DNA of 64,000 bases from an uncultured Gammaproteobacteria bacterium. GTDB taxonomy: Bacteria; Patescibacteriota; Microgenomatia; UBA1406; HO2-37-13b. Under the pieces are notes generated by a model, which saw only the letters and a list, made by a program, of their open reading frames with translations, searched no databases and was not told the DNA's origin. Positions within the stretch are counted from its first letter, which is position 1. Every line of letters begins with the position of its first letter. The stretch lies in contig CAYPSA010000006.1 of the NCBI GenBank assembly GCA_964413645.1, positions 6,123-70,122 on the forward strand, written 5' to 3'. Made by a program: the position numbers and the translations under genes. This document shows positions 26,234 to 35,656 of the stretch, one piece after another.

Positions 26234-28057
26234 ATGAATATTCGAAACATAGCCATTATTGCGCACGTCGATCACGGCAAAACCACGTTGGTGGATGCAC
26301 TTCTAAAGCAAACACACACATTCCGCGATAATCAAAAGGAAATGGATCAAACTTTGATCATGGACTCTAATGATTTGGAACGTGAAAAGGGAATTACCAT
26401 TCTTGCAAAAAACACGAGTGTTTTTTATAAGGGTGAAAAAATTAACATTATCGACACCCCTGGCCACGCTGATTTTGGTGGAGAAGTTGAGCGAACGATT
26501 AATATGGCAAGTGGCGCAATTCTTTTAGTTGATGCTGCAGAAGGTCCATTACCGCAAACTCGATTTGTTCTAAAAAAAGCGCTTGAAGCAAAACTTAAAA
26601 TTATTTTAGTTATTAATAAGATCGATAAGAAAGACGAGCGGTCAGATGAAGTTATTCACGAAGTTGAAAACCTCTTTTTAGAATTAGCTCACGACGAAGA
26701 AGCCCTTCATTTCACTACGCTTTTTGCTGTAGGTCGTGATGGAAAAATGTTTTTTGAAAAACCAGAAAGTTATTCTTCCGAAACTCCTGGCGACCTTACC
26801 CCTCTTTTTGACACAATCCTTGAACAGGTACCAAACGCTGCAATTAACGAAGATAAGCCATTCCAAATGCTAATTTCTACACTCGATCATGATTTGTATG
26901 TTGGTAAATTATGTATTGGAAAAGTGAATCAAGGTAAATTAACCAAAGGCTCAAAAATAGTTGTGGTCAACGAATCAGGAGTTTTGGGAAACTACACAGC
27001 TTCTAAACTTTACACGAGCGAAGGGCTTGCAAAGGTCGAAGTAAACGAAATTACTGCCGGCGACATTGTAGCACTTGCTGGAATTTCTGAACTTACCATT
27101 GGTCAAACGGTTGCGGATCCGGCAAATCCAGTGGCACTTCCAACTATTGAAATTGAAGAACCAACTATTAAAGTAACAATTGCTCCAAATACATCGCCAC
27201 TCGGAGGTAAGGAGGGGCAATTTACAACATCTCGACAAATTCGTGAACGGTTAATGAAAGAAATGCAAACAAATTTAGGTCTTCGATTTGAAGATGATCC
27301 AGAACGCGGAGGATTCATGGTAAGCGGTCGAGGTGAACTTCATCTTGCTATTCTTATTGAAACCATGCGACGTGAAGGATTTGAACTTGAAGTTTCTCGA
27401 CCTCAAGTTATTTACAAAAAAATCGATGGGGAAACGTGTGAACCATATGAAGAAGTAACCATTGATGTTCATAAAGATCATATGGGCGCTGTAAGTGAGG
27501 AACTTGGAAAGCGAAAAGCAAGCATGATCGATCTTATAACCGATCGAAGCGAACATGTTCGAATGATTTACAAGATTTCGAGCCAAAATTTAATTGGAAT
27601 CCGAAGTTCACTTCTTACCAAAACTCGAGGAACGCTGGTTATGAGTTCATACTTATTGGGATACGAGAAAAAAGGAAGCGCTATGGAATCAATTCGAAAT
27701 GGAGCGCTTATTGCAACGCAATTAGGACCATCAATGACTTATGGACTTATTAACGCCCAAGAACGAGGAACATTGTTTATTGGTCCAACAGTGCAAGTAT
27801 ATCAGGGAATGGTTGTTGGTTTGGCTTCAAAAGATGATGATGTTGAAGTTAATGTATGTCGAGAAAAGAAATTGACAAATAATCGTTCTTCGGGAGAAGG
27901 AGTTTCAGTGGCACTTATTCCACCAACAATTCTTTCGCTTGAACAATGTTTGGATTTTATCGGTGACGATGAACTTTTGGAAGTAACTCCAGTGAATTTG
28001 CGCATCCGCAAACGATATCTTACTCAAAGCGCACGAAAAGTAGCGGAACGCAGATAA
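26234..28057 (+). CDS. typA: Translational GTPase TypA/BipA
   Basis: AIIAHVDHGKTTLVD, DTPGHADFGGEV and NKIDK motifs, about 607 aa. ATG 26234 is preferred over the upstream TTG. Confidence 0.9.
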   Translation: MNIRNIAIIAHVDHGKTTLVDALLKQTHTFRDNQKEMDQTLIMDSNDLEREKGITILAKNTSVFYKGEKINIIDTPGHADFGGEVERTINMASGAILLVDAAEGPLPQTRFVLKKALEAKLKIILVINKIDKKDERSDEVIHEVENLFLELAHDEEALHFTTLFAVGRDGKMFFEKPESYSSETPGDLTPLFDTILEQVPNAAINEDKPFQMLISTLDHDLYVGKLCIGKVNQGKLTKGSKIVVVNESGVLGNYTASKLYTSEGLAKVEVNEITAGDIVALAGISELTIGQTVADPANPVALPTIEIEEPTIKVTIAPNTSPLGGKEGQFTTSRQIRERLMKEMQTNLGLRFEDDPERGGFMVSGRGELHLAILIETMRREGFELEVSRPQVIYKKIDGETCEPYEEVTIDVHKDHMGAVSEELGKRKASMIDLITDRSEHVRMIYKISSQNLIGIRSSLLTKTRGTLVMSSYLLGYEKKGSAMESIRNGALIATQLGPSMTYGLINAQERGTLFIGPTVQVYQGMVVGLASKDDDVEVNVCREKKLTNNRSSGEGVSVALIPPTILSLEQCLDFIGDDELLEVTPVNLRIRKRYLTQSARKVAERR

Positions 28058-28074
28058 TTTTTGTACTAGCCCCA

Positions 28075-28103
28075 TTGACATCTTCATAATTATTTTCTAT
28101 CAT
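28075..28103 (+). promoter_or_regulatory. Sigma-70-type promoter (TTGACA-17 nt-TATCAT)
   Basis: TTGACA at 28075-28080 and TATCAT at 28098-28103. ATG 28111 lies 7 nt downstream. Confidence 0.6.
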
Positions 28104-28110
28104 CGTTGTA

Positions 28111-28887
28111 ATGGAAGACCTTTTGCAGGTAAAAAAGCATGTTGCTGGTCAGCGATTGATCATTTGGCTTCTTGTTGGATTCATACTATTTTTTGTAGCC
28201 TTACTTGTAATTTCCACAAAATCTCTACAAGAACAAGCGATAGGCTTATCTACGCAGGCTGCTCAAATTAAATCTAAAGTACCCGAAGCCACGGTGGATA
28301 GTGTCGACGGATCTGCAAATTGCATAGCTCAAATTAAGGATCTTGCATTTAAACAAGCCATTGGCGGTGAGGCATGTTATTCTCGTGCAAGCTTTACATG
28401 TGTAGGAGGTCCAAATAACGGGAAAAAAATGTCACAAGATGCTCCGGCCCAAAGCGGCGGATGTTTATCGCAAGAAAAATGGGTAGAACTTGCAGATCGG
28501 AGTTGCGGATGCGGAGGACAGGAAGGGAATTGTAAATATAAGAAAATTGATTATAGATCGATTGGTATTAATCGTGAAAGTATTTCTTGTAATAAAGCAA
28601 GTACGAGTTCGTGTAATTATGAAGCAGTAATTACCTGTGCAGATGATAAAGAATATAAAGCTTTCAGACCAACGTGTATGGGTGCTAGAGTTAATAGAGA
28701 TAAGAGTCCCGATACGTGGGATTTTTACGCAAATATGATTTGTTGTTACAACATTGGAAAGCCTGCGTGTCGTGAATTTACGCTAAATGACTATGGTATT
28801 TGCAATGCATACTGTTCAGCACGAAATTCCAAGTGTGTTCCGGGTGGTGACTTAGGACTTCATTGTGCCAATCAAACCTGTCTTTAA
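28111..28887 (+). CDS. Cys-rich membrane-anchored extracytoplasmic protein
   Basis: N-terminal TM helix (LIIWLLVGFILFFVALLVI) followed by a ~200-aa domain with more than 25 Cys, including CGCGG and CC pairs. Confidence 0.65.
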   Translation: MEDLLQVKKHVAGQRLIIWLLVGFILFFVALLVISTKSLQEQAIGLSTQAAQIKSKVPEATVDSVDGSANCIAQIKDLAFKQAIGGEACYSRASFTCVGGPNNGKKMSQDAPAQSGGCLSQEKWVELADRSCGCGGQEGNCKYKKIDYRSIGINRESISCNKASTSSCNYEAVITCADDKEYKAFRPTCMGARVNRDKSPDTWDFYANMICCYNIGKPACREFTLNDYGICNAYCSARNSKCVPGGDLGLHCANQTCL

Positions 28888-29507
28888 AACGAGCATTTAT
28901 TCCATAAACCTCGCTTATTTTCCTGTGCAGATTTTTGTGCGAGCGCTAACGCATCTTTGAATTTCACATCGGGTGGGTACGCGTGTGCAAATGCAAAACC
29001 TGAATCCACGAGATGATGATTGACGAAAATGTTATCGATATAAACGTATCTCAACAGCCTACCGAATCGATCAGTTTCTGAACGATCTTTTTCCATACGA
29101 ATTCTTTTATTCAATATTAGATCGCTTAATTTTTGCGTAGCTTGAATCCCAAAACATTCAGGCTCACGGGCATTTGCTTTATTAAGTTCAGGAGTGTCAA
29201 TACCAATGAGTCGAACTTTTTGTTTTGTTTCAATTTCAAAAGTATCGCCATCGATAATGCGCGTAACGACATATTGTTCACTGTTTGCTCCTTTGACTGC
29301 AGTATTAGTTACTGCGAGAATCTTGCTTGCATTAGGAGTTGGTGTTGTGAGGTTCGTGGAGAATGACGACGATTGGCAACCTAAGAGGTTGTCACGCACG
29401 TTCCACCTAAGAGGTTGACAGATTAGGTATGAAGAAATGATTCCAATTATTAAAATAGCGAATATTGAGACAATGAGGATGGTGCTGACTTTTTGTTTTA
29501 ACGGCAT
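28884..29507 (-). CDS. Membrane-anchored thermonuclease (SNase family)
   Basis: VTRIIDGDTFEI...VRLIGIDTPE...GRLLRYVY...LVDSGFA are staphylococcal-nuclease motifs, and there is an N-terminal TM anchor. Confidence 0.8.
   Translation of the reverse strand: MPLKQKVSTILIVSIFAILIIGIISSYLICQPLRWNVRDNLLGCQSSSFSTNLTTPTPNASKILAVTNTAVKGANSEQYVVTRIIDGDTFEIETKQKVRLIGIDTPELNKANAREPECFGIQATQKLSDLILNKRIRMEKDRSETDRFGRLLRYVYIDNIFVNHHLVDSGFAFAHAYPPDVKFKDALALAQKSAQENKRGLWNKCSF
29377..29417. repeat. Second pair of the CAACCTAAGAGGTTG palindrome (one perfect copy, one CCACCT variant; 26-nt period), inside the nuclease ORF
   Basis: Copies at 29377-29391 and 29403-29417, translated on the minus strand as DNLLGCQ and QPLRW. 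Confidence 0.9.
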
Positions 29508-29509
29508 GT

Positions 29510-30382
29510 TCAGGCAATAGTATACACCTGGTTTTTGAAAGTTATCATTCCTTCTTTTTCTAGCCCCGCGAGAATTTCGGCAATTTCCAATTCTTCTCGA
29601 TTAATTAGTGAGAATAAGTCCTTCTTCGAGAGTATTTTTCTCTCTAAGAGCAGTCGAATAATCTCTCCTCGAACTTGTCTTCGCGACCCATCAAATTTAC
29701 TCTGCTTAGAGTATGAACTACTTTTCCGAGACGGATTTTTAAAACTTTTTTTCAAATAAACACCATAATCCATAAGCGCATAATACCAGTCGCGCGGATC
29801 AATATTATCATTTTCGGCGTAGTCTGTTGGCAGGTAGGGCGCTTGTAAAACTTTCTCAATTATTGGGAGTATGTCTTTGTCATTTACAGACTCTTTATCA
29901 GTAAAAAAGCGATGAATAAAAACGGTTCGAATATTTGTTTCGATAAAAACAACGGGTTTATTAAATGCAAAAGCAACAATTGCACATGCGGTGTTGTACC
30001 CAATTCCAGGAAGTTTTTGCAGATCCTCTACATTAGTAGGCACTATCCCTTCATATTCAGAAACTATTTTTTCCGCAGATTTTTTCAGAAAGATACCACG
30101 ACGATTGTATCCTAACCCCTGCCAAACCCTTAGAACCTCTTCATTAGATGCTTTTGCAAGTGTGTTTATTGTCGGAAACTCAGTAATAAATTCATTGAAT
30201 TTTTCAATCACCCGAGGAGCTTGCGTTTGCTGCAGCATTATTTCGGAAACTAAAATAAAATATGGATTTTCAATATCTCTCCAGGGAAAATGTCTTTTAT
30301 GAAAATGATAAAAGTCGATAACTGTTTTTTTGAAATCTACCAGTGAATTGTTTGAAGGAGAGTTCGGTCCAATTTTCTTCAT
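29510..30382 (-). CDS. mutY: MutY-like adenine DNA glycosylase (HhH-GPD), without the Cys cluster, with a short C-terminal winged-helix-like tail
   Basis: EIMLQQTQ, GLGYNRR and LPGIGYNTACAI (HhH) motifs. There are no Cys residues where the 4Fe-4S loop normally sits. Confidence 0.7.
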   Translation of the reverse strand: MKKIGPNSPSNNSLVDFKKTVIDFYHFHKRHFPWRDIENPYFILVSEIMLQQTQAPRVIEKFNEFITEFPTINTLAKASNEEVLRVWQGLGYNRRGIFLKKSAEKIVSEYEGIVPTNVEDLQKLPGIGYNTACAIVAFAFNKPVVFIETNIRTVFIHRFFTDKESVNDKDILPIIEKVLQAPYLPTDYAENDNIDPRDWYYALMDYGVYLKKSFKNPSRKSSSYSKQSKFDGSRRQVRGEIIRLLLERKILSKKDLFSLINREELEIAEILAGLEKEGMITFKNQVYTIA

Positions 30383-30909
30383 TTCTTATATACAATAACC
30401 GACTTGGTTTCTGAATTCGGCAAAAATATTGCATTTCCTTTTGAGTCTTTCAGTTCAGTGGTTCGAAGATTTATTTTTTGTACAACACCTTTCGTATCAT
30501 TAATTTTTACGTCATCTCCAATATTATATTGATTTTCTACAATAATAATAAACCCAGAAATTAAATCGCGGACAATTGTCTGTGCGCCAAATGAAATTGC
30601 CAATCCAATGATTCCAGCACCAGTAATAATAGGGGTTACATCGAGTCCAATCTTACGCATTGAAATTAAAAGGGCCATGCTTAAAACCACAAACATAACT
30701 GTGTTATTTATTAAGCTCTCCATTGTATTTATTCGAGAAATATATGAGGTCAATCGCGATCTGTTTTTTAAACCACCAAAAAATAATCTAACAGCTCGTT
30801 GAATGAGTAAGATAATCGTTAAGCTCGCAATAAAAATTACTGTTATCTGAATGGCTTTTTCTATTGAAGCGGGGGATAGTTTTAGAACAATTCTGTTGTA
30901 GTAATCCAT
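30379..30909 (-). CDS. Small-conductance mechanosensitive channel family protein (short)
   Basis: FGAQTIVRDLISGFIIIVENQYNIGDDVKI is an MscS-type pore/beta-domain motif. 176 aa. Confidence 0.7.
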   Translation of the reverse strand: MDYYNRIVLKLSPASIEKAIQITVIFIASLTIILLIQRAVRLFFGGLKNRSRLTSYISRINTMESLINNTVMFVVLSMALLISMRKIGLDVTPIITGAGIIGLAISFGAQTIVRDLISGFIIIVENQYNIGDDVKINDTKGVVQKINLRTTELKDSKGNAIFLPNSETKSVIVYKK

Positions 30910-30912
30910 GGA

Positions 30913-31476
30913 TTATGAAACCCGTTCAACGTATTCGCCAGTTTCGGGGTTTACTACGATTGTATCACCTTTTTTTATGAAAAGGGGAACTTTCACCGTA
31001 ATGCCAGTTTCAAGCGTTACATCCTTTTTTGCGCTTGTTGCAGTATCGCCTTTTGCTGCGTCATCGGCTTGGGTAACCACGAGTCGTACACTTTGTGGAG
31101 GGCGAACGCTAAAGGGCTCATCGTTGTACATAAGAATATACAAAAGATCACCTTCTTTAATAAAATCAGCCAAGTTATCTGTTTTTTTACTTTCAACCTC
31201 AATCTGCTCGTAGGTTATCGGATTCATGAAATACAACTTCGTTGCATCCTTATATAAATATTGCCCTTGCACTTGTTCAATATCGGGAATTTCATACTCG
31301 AAATTTGACTTGGTGCCGTTTTCAATTGTTGTCCCTTTTAACACGTTTCGGATCCGTGCAGATACGTTTGCAGAGCCGCGCCCTTGGTAATTAAATTCGG
31401 TTTTTTGAACTTGCCAAATTTCTCCGTTATGAAGAATGTAGTCGCCTTTTTTTAATGCACTTGCTTCTTTTTTCAT
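30913..31476 (-). CDS. efp: Translation elongation factor P
   Basis: 187 aa with the KOW-like domain and two OB domains. The tip loop reads YQGRGSA. Confidence 0.9.
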   Translation of the reverse strand: MKKEASALKKGDYILHNGEIWQVQKTEFNYQGRGSANVSARIRNVLKGTTIENGTKSNFEYEIPDIEQVQGQYLYKDATKLYFMNPITYEQIEVESKKTDNLADFIKEGDLLYILMYNDEPFSVRPPQSVRLVVTQADDAAKGDTATSAKKDVTLETGITVKVPLFIKKGDTIVVNPETGEYVERVS

Positions 31477-31646
31477 AATATCTAATTGTTTAATTATTAA
31501 CTTCGCTCGATATCCTGCTTCTCAACCAGGGTGAGACCGCCTCAATTATAGAACAATTAAAGTAGCGCTCTCAACTGGTCTCGAATCAGATATCTCGCGC
31601 CGCTAAATTTGATGAACATTAGATATTATACTACAGAGGGGCTTTT

Positions 31647-32495
31647 TTACGCATCTAATTCTTCAATCAGCTCTTTCTGGCGGCCTGTTAGTCGTTCGGG
31701 AATTTTGATTTTGAATATTACATATTGATCTCCATGTCGATTTGAGTTGGGATAGGCGAGTCCTTTTCCAGCAAGTCGAACTGCTGAATTTGGCTGAGTT
31801 CCGGTGCGAACTTTCAATGTAATTCCTTTTTTATCGAGTGATGGAACGGTAACTTCTCCTCCTAAGATAGCGATCTTTAGAGATAGCGGAAATTCGATAT
31901 ATACATCTTGTCCTTCGCGTTTAAAATCTTTGCTATTTCCAACTTGTACAGAAATATCGAAATCTGAAAATCGGATGCGTGAACCTGAATCTACCCCAGC
32001 AGGAATTTTTATTGTTTTGCGTTCTCTATTAATCTCGAATGTTTTTGTAACTCCGGTAACTGCCTCTTCAAATGTAATATTGACTTGATACACGGGGTGC
32101 GCTTGTCGTCGACCTTGTTGAGCGCCAAAACCAAAAAATTGTTCGAAAATATCAAAGGGGTCAGATCCTCCAAATCCTTCGAATGGATTACTTCCGGAAG
32201 ATGTATATGTGTACGTAAACGGTCCTCCTTGTTGGCCGCCAAATGGATTTCCACCACTTGCTGAATTTCCTCCGCGCGCATTAAACCCTTCATGACCTAC
32301 TTGGTCATACATTTGTTTCTTTTTGGAGTCGGAAAGTACTTCGTACGCTTGATTTATTTCTTTGAATTTGCTTTCAGCTCCTGGTTCCTTATTACGATCT
32401 GGGTGCCATTTCAATGCTAATTTACGATACGCAGACTTTATCTGTGCACCAGTAGCATTTTTTGAAACACCCAGAACATCGTAATAACTTGCCAT
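31647..32495 (-). CDS. dnaJ: J-domain co-chaperone, class B (CbpA-like, no zinc-finger domain)
   Basis: YYDVLGV...HPDRN J-domain, a G/F-rich region, then the C-terminal substrate domains directly. No CxxCxGxG repeats. Confidence 0.85.
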   Translation of the reverse strand: MASYYDVLGVSKNATGAQIKSAYRKLALKWHPDRNKEPGAESKFKEINQAYEVLSDSKKKQMYDQVGHEGFNARGGNSASGGNPFGGQQGGPFTYTYTSSGSNPFEGFGGSDPFDIFEQFFGFGAQQGRRQAHPVYQVNITFEEAVTGVTKTFEINRERKTIKIPAGVDSGSRIRFSDFDISVQVGNSKDFKREGQDVYIEFPLSLKIAILGGEVTVPSLDKKGITLKVRTGTQPNSAVRLAGKGLAYPNSNRHGDQYVIFKIKIPERLTGRQKELIEELDA

Positions 32496-32500
32496 AAAAC

Positions 32501-34411
32501 TTAAGAGACGACTTCTCCTTCTTCAACATTAGCTTTTTTCTCGTCACCAACGGTTTCGCTGTCAGATGTCGCTCCAGGAGCTTCACCTGCAGTAGTATTG
32601 GATGGAGCACTCTCCGCACCTTGCTTACTCATGTGTTCTCCAATCTTTTGAAGCGAGGTTGAAAGCTCACTTGACTTGGATTCAATTTCTTCTTTAGAAC
32701 CTGATTCCAAGACATCTTTTACTGCTTTTATTTTATCTTCGATTTCGGTTTTAAGTTCTGCTGGAACTTTGTCGCCGGCATCTTTAAGCGACTTTTGAGC
32801 AGTAAAGATAAGATTATCTGCCATATTTCGTGCAGTAATTTTTTCAACTTCTGCTTTATCTTCATCAGCATGCTTTTCAGCCTCTTCCTTCATTCTTTCG
32901 ATTTCGTCTTTAGTAAGGCCTGTTGAACCAGTAATTTTAATACTTTGTTCTTTACTAGTAGCCTTATCTTTAGCTGTTACTGTAAGAATTCCGTTGGCAT
33001 CAAGATCAAAGGTAACTTCGACTTGAGGAATTCCTCGTGGTGCAGGTGGAATGCCTTCCAAAACGAATCGACCAAGCGACTTATTATCGCGGGCCAATGG
33101 TCGTTCACCTTGTAAAACATGGATTTCAACCTGCGTTTGATTGTCCGCAGCAGTTGAAAATACTTCAGATTTTGAAGTAGGCACTGATGTGTTCTTGTTA
33201 ATAAGTGGAGTAGTTACTCCGCCTAATGTTTCAAGACCTAAAGTTAAAGGAGTTACGTCCAAAAGGACAACGTCTTTAACTTCTCCACCAATAATTCCAG
33301 CTTGAATTGCTGCTCCAATAGCAACGGCTTCATCAGGATTTACTGATTTATTAGGTTCTTTGCCGAAGAATTCCTTTACCTTTGTTTGAATCAACGGCAT
33401 TCGGGTCATTCCTCCGACCAAAATGACTTCTTGAATATCTTTTTTGTCGATCTTTGAATCTTTCAAGGCTTCTTTTACTGGTTCAAATGATTTTTCTACC
33501 AGTGCGCCTGCAATTGATTCAAATTTAGCACGTGTAATTTTGGTTACAAAGTGCAAGGGTTGACCATCTTTTACCGTTACGAATGGTAAATTGATTTCAC
33601 TTTCCATTGAGCTTGAAAGCTCAATTTTTGCTTTTTCCGCTGCGTCACGTAGACGTTGTAGCGCTTGCACATCTTTGGAAAGATCAATGCCGTTTTCGTT
33701 TTTGAATTCGCTTACTAAATAGTCAACGAGTTCTTTGTCGAAATCATCTCCACCTAAATGGGTGTCTCCATTAGTTGATTTGACTTCAAAAACTCCATCT
33801 CCAAGTTCGAGAATTGTAATATCAAACGTGCCACCACCAAAATCGTAGACGGCAATATTGTGCGCGTCTTTTCGATCAAGACCATATGCGAGTGCTGCTG
33901 CAGTTGGTTCGTTTACGATACGAATTACATCTAATCCTGCAACTTCACCGGCTTGTTTGGTAGCTTGTCGTTGAGCATCGTCAAAATATGCAGGTACGGT
34001 AATAACTGCTTTATCGACGGTTTCACCTAAATAATCTTCAGCATCTTTTTTGGCTTTTGCCAAAATCATCGATGAAAGTTCTTGAGGTGTATACTCCTTG
34101 CCTTCAACAGATACAACCGCCATGCCATCACGTCCTTCTTTAACGGTGTACGGAAGCCATTTCATGTCTTTTTGAACAGAGGCATCGTTGAATTTTCGTC
34201 CAACGAGCCGTTTAATTGAGAAAATAACTTCTTTTGGTTTCATTACCATTTGACGTTTTGCAACGTCACCAACGACGCGGCTTTTTGGATCCACGACCGA
34301 TGGAATGGTATTTCGACCTTCTTTTGAATGAATAATTTTTGGTTTGCCGGCTTCCATTACGGCAACGACTGAATTTGTTGTCCCTAAATCAATACCTATT
34401 GTTTTTGCCAT
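32501..34411 (-). CDS. dnaK: Hsp70 chaperone DnaK
   Basis: [17 protein letters not shown] and [11 protein letters not shown] motifs. 636 aa. Confidence 0.95.
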   Translation of the reverse strand: MAKTIGIDLGTTNSVVAVMEAGKPKIIHSKEGRNTIPSVVDPKSRVVGDVAKRQMVMKPKEVIFSIKRLVGRKFNDASVQKDMKWLPYTVKEGRDGMAVVSVEGKEYTPQELSSMILAKAKKDAEDYLGETVDKAVITVPAYFDDAQRQATKQAGEVAGLDVIRIVNEPTAAALAYGLDRKDAHNIAVYDFGGGTFDITILELGDGVFEVKSTNGDTHLGGDDFDKELVDYLVSEFKNENGIDLSKDVQALQRLRDAAEKAKIELSSSMESEINLPFVTVKDGQPLHFVTKITRAKFESIAGALVEKSFEPVKEALKDSKIDKKDIQEVILVGGMTRMPLIQTKVKEFFGKEPNKSVNPDEAVAIGAAIQAGIIGGEVKDVVLLDVTPLTLGLETLGGVTTPLINKNTSVPTSKSEVFSTAADNQTQVEIHVLQGERPLARDNKSLGRFVLEGIPPAPRGIPQVEVTFDLDANGILTVTAKDKATSKEQSIKITGSTGLTKDEIERMKEEAEKHADEDKAEVEKITARNMADNLIFTAQKSLKDAGDKVPAELKTEIEDKIKAVKDVLESGSKEEIESKSSELSTSLQKIGEHMSKQGAESAPSNTTAGEAPGATSDSETVGDEKKANVEEGEVVS

Positions 34412-34437
34412 ATATTTGATTGAAATTTATAATTGTG

Positions 34438-34929
34438 TCATTTCGACACTTTAACTTGTGCATGACGCAGTACTTCGTCATACAATGTATATCCATTTTT
34501 AACTACTTCTGAAACAGTGTCAGGTTTGTCGCCGGCCACCATCTCAATGACTTCTGCAACATAAGGATCGTATGGTTTTCCAGCCAAATCCATTTGCTTA
34601 ACGCCTTCGTTTGCAAGAAGTTTTGAAAATTCATCTTTTACTAATTTTAAGCCAGCGTCTTTAACAAACACCTCGGCTTGATCGATAACATCTAAAATGT
34701 CGATTAATTTGAGCAAAATCTTTTTATTTGCTCGTTTATATATATCTGCTGTCTGATTTTCAGTCCTTCTTTCTAAATTTTCGTAATCGGCTAGTGCGCG
34801 TAAATATTTATTTTTCCAAACCATCGCTTCGTCTTCAACGTTCTGTGCGGCTGTCGTTTGCTCAACCTCTTCATCAGGAGTAATTGGAGGGTTGACTGCA
34901 TCATTTACATTATTTTGTTGTTTTTTCAT
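34438..34929 (-). CDS. grpE: Nucleotide exchange factor GrpE
   Basis: YLRALADYENLERR motif and its position between hrcA and dnaK. Confidence 0.9.
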   Translation of the reverse strand: MKKQQNNVNDAVNPPITPDEEVEQTTAAQNVEDEAMVWKNKYLRALADYENLERRTENQTADIYKRANKKILLKLIDILDVIDQAEVFVKDAGLKLVKDEFSKLLANEGVKQMDLAGKPYDPYVAEVIEMVAGDKPDTVSEVVKNGYTLYDEVLRHAQVKVSK

Positions 34930-35654
34930 AATCCTTCTTGTTCTACAATTGTATTAATTAAATTAGTAAAGTATCGAACGCTGGGAACAACAACGTCGTA
35001 TCGCATACGACGAGGCCCCATGACTCCGATTGCTCCACTTACATGTTTGCCTTTAAATTCGCCAAATACCGAAGCACTAATGCTTTTAGTATCTTGTTCT
35101 TCAAACATGAAAAGCAGTTCATTTTCAATTCGTGCTAATTCTTGCAAAACCGACGAGCAAAATGCGCCTTCATCAAACCGGCTAAAAATTAATCGAGCTT
35201 CTGCAATATCTTGAAATTCTCGATTTGCAAGTAAATTATTGACCCCAAAATAGTAAATATCGCCTCGATCGGTGGTTGTTACTGCTAGCAAGCCGGTTCG
35301 ACGAGCTAAAACGCGTGTTGCGGTTTGCAACAGTTCGCTAAGGTCGTGTTTATGATCCCACACGTCATTTTTATACGATACTTCATCAGTTGTCGAAAGT
35401 TCTTTTTCCTGCATTATATTGTTAATATAAAACCGAAAGGCCTTGGCTGTTGGAACTCGGCCCGATGAGAAGTGCTCCTTTTTGAGATACCCCTTTTTAG
35501 AGAGTTCCACCATCTCGTTGCGAATAGTCGCTGGCGAGACGCCCAAATTGTACTTTTTATCTAGAATTTCCGAGCCAACAGCCTCGCCTTTATCGGTATA
35601 TTGAGCAATAATTGTCTTTAAAATCTCGGTCTGCCTAGGCGTTAGATCATCCAT
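34926..35654 (-). CDS. hrcA: Heat-inducible repressor HrcA (short form, ~242 aa)
   Basis: LTPRQTEILKTII...GSEIL...SPATIRNEM winged helix. Start set to ATG 35654 because the CIRCE element lies immediately upstream. Confidence 0.8.
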   Translation of the reverse strand: MDDLTPRQTEILKTIIAQYTDKGEAVGSEILDKKYNLGVSPATIRNEMVELSKKGYLKKEHFSSGRVPTAKAFRFYINNIMQEKELSTTDEVSYKNDVWDHKHDLSELLQTATRVLARRTGLLAVTTTDRGDIYYFGVNNLLANREFQDIAEARLIFSRFDEGAFCSSVLQELARIENELLFMFEEQDTKSISASVFGEFKGKHVSGAIGVMGPRRMRYDVVVPSVRYFTNLINTIVEQEGL

Positions 35655-35656
35655 AA

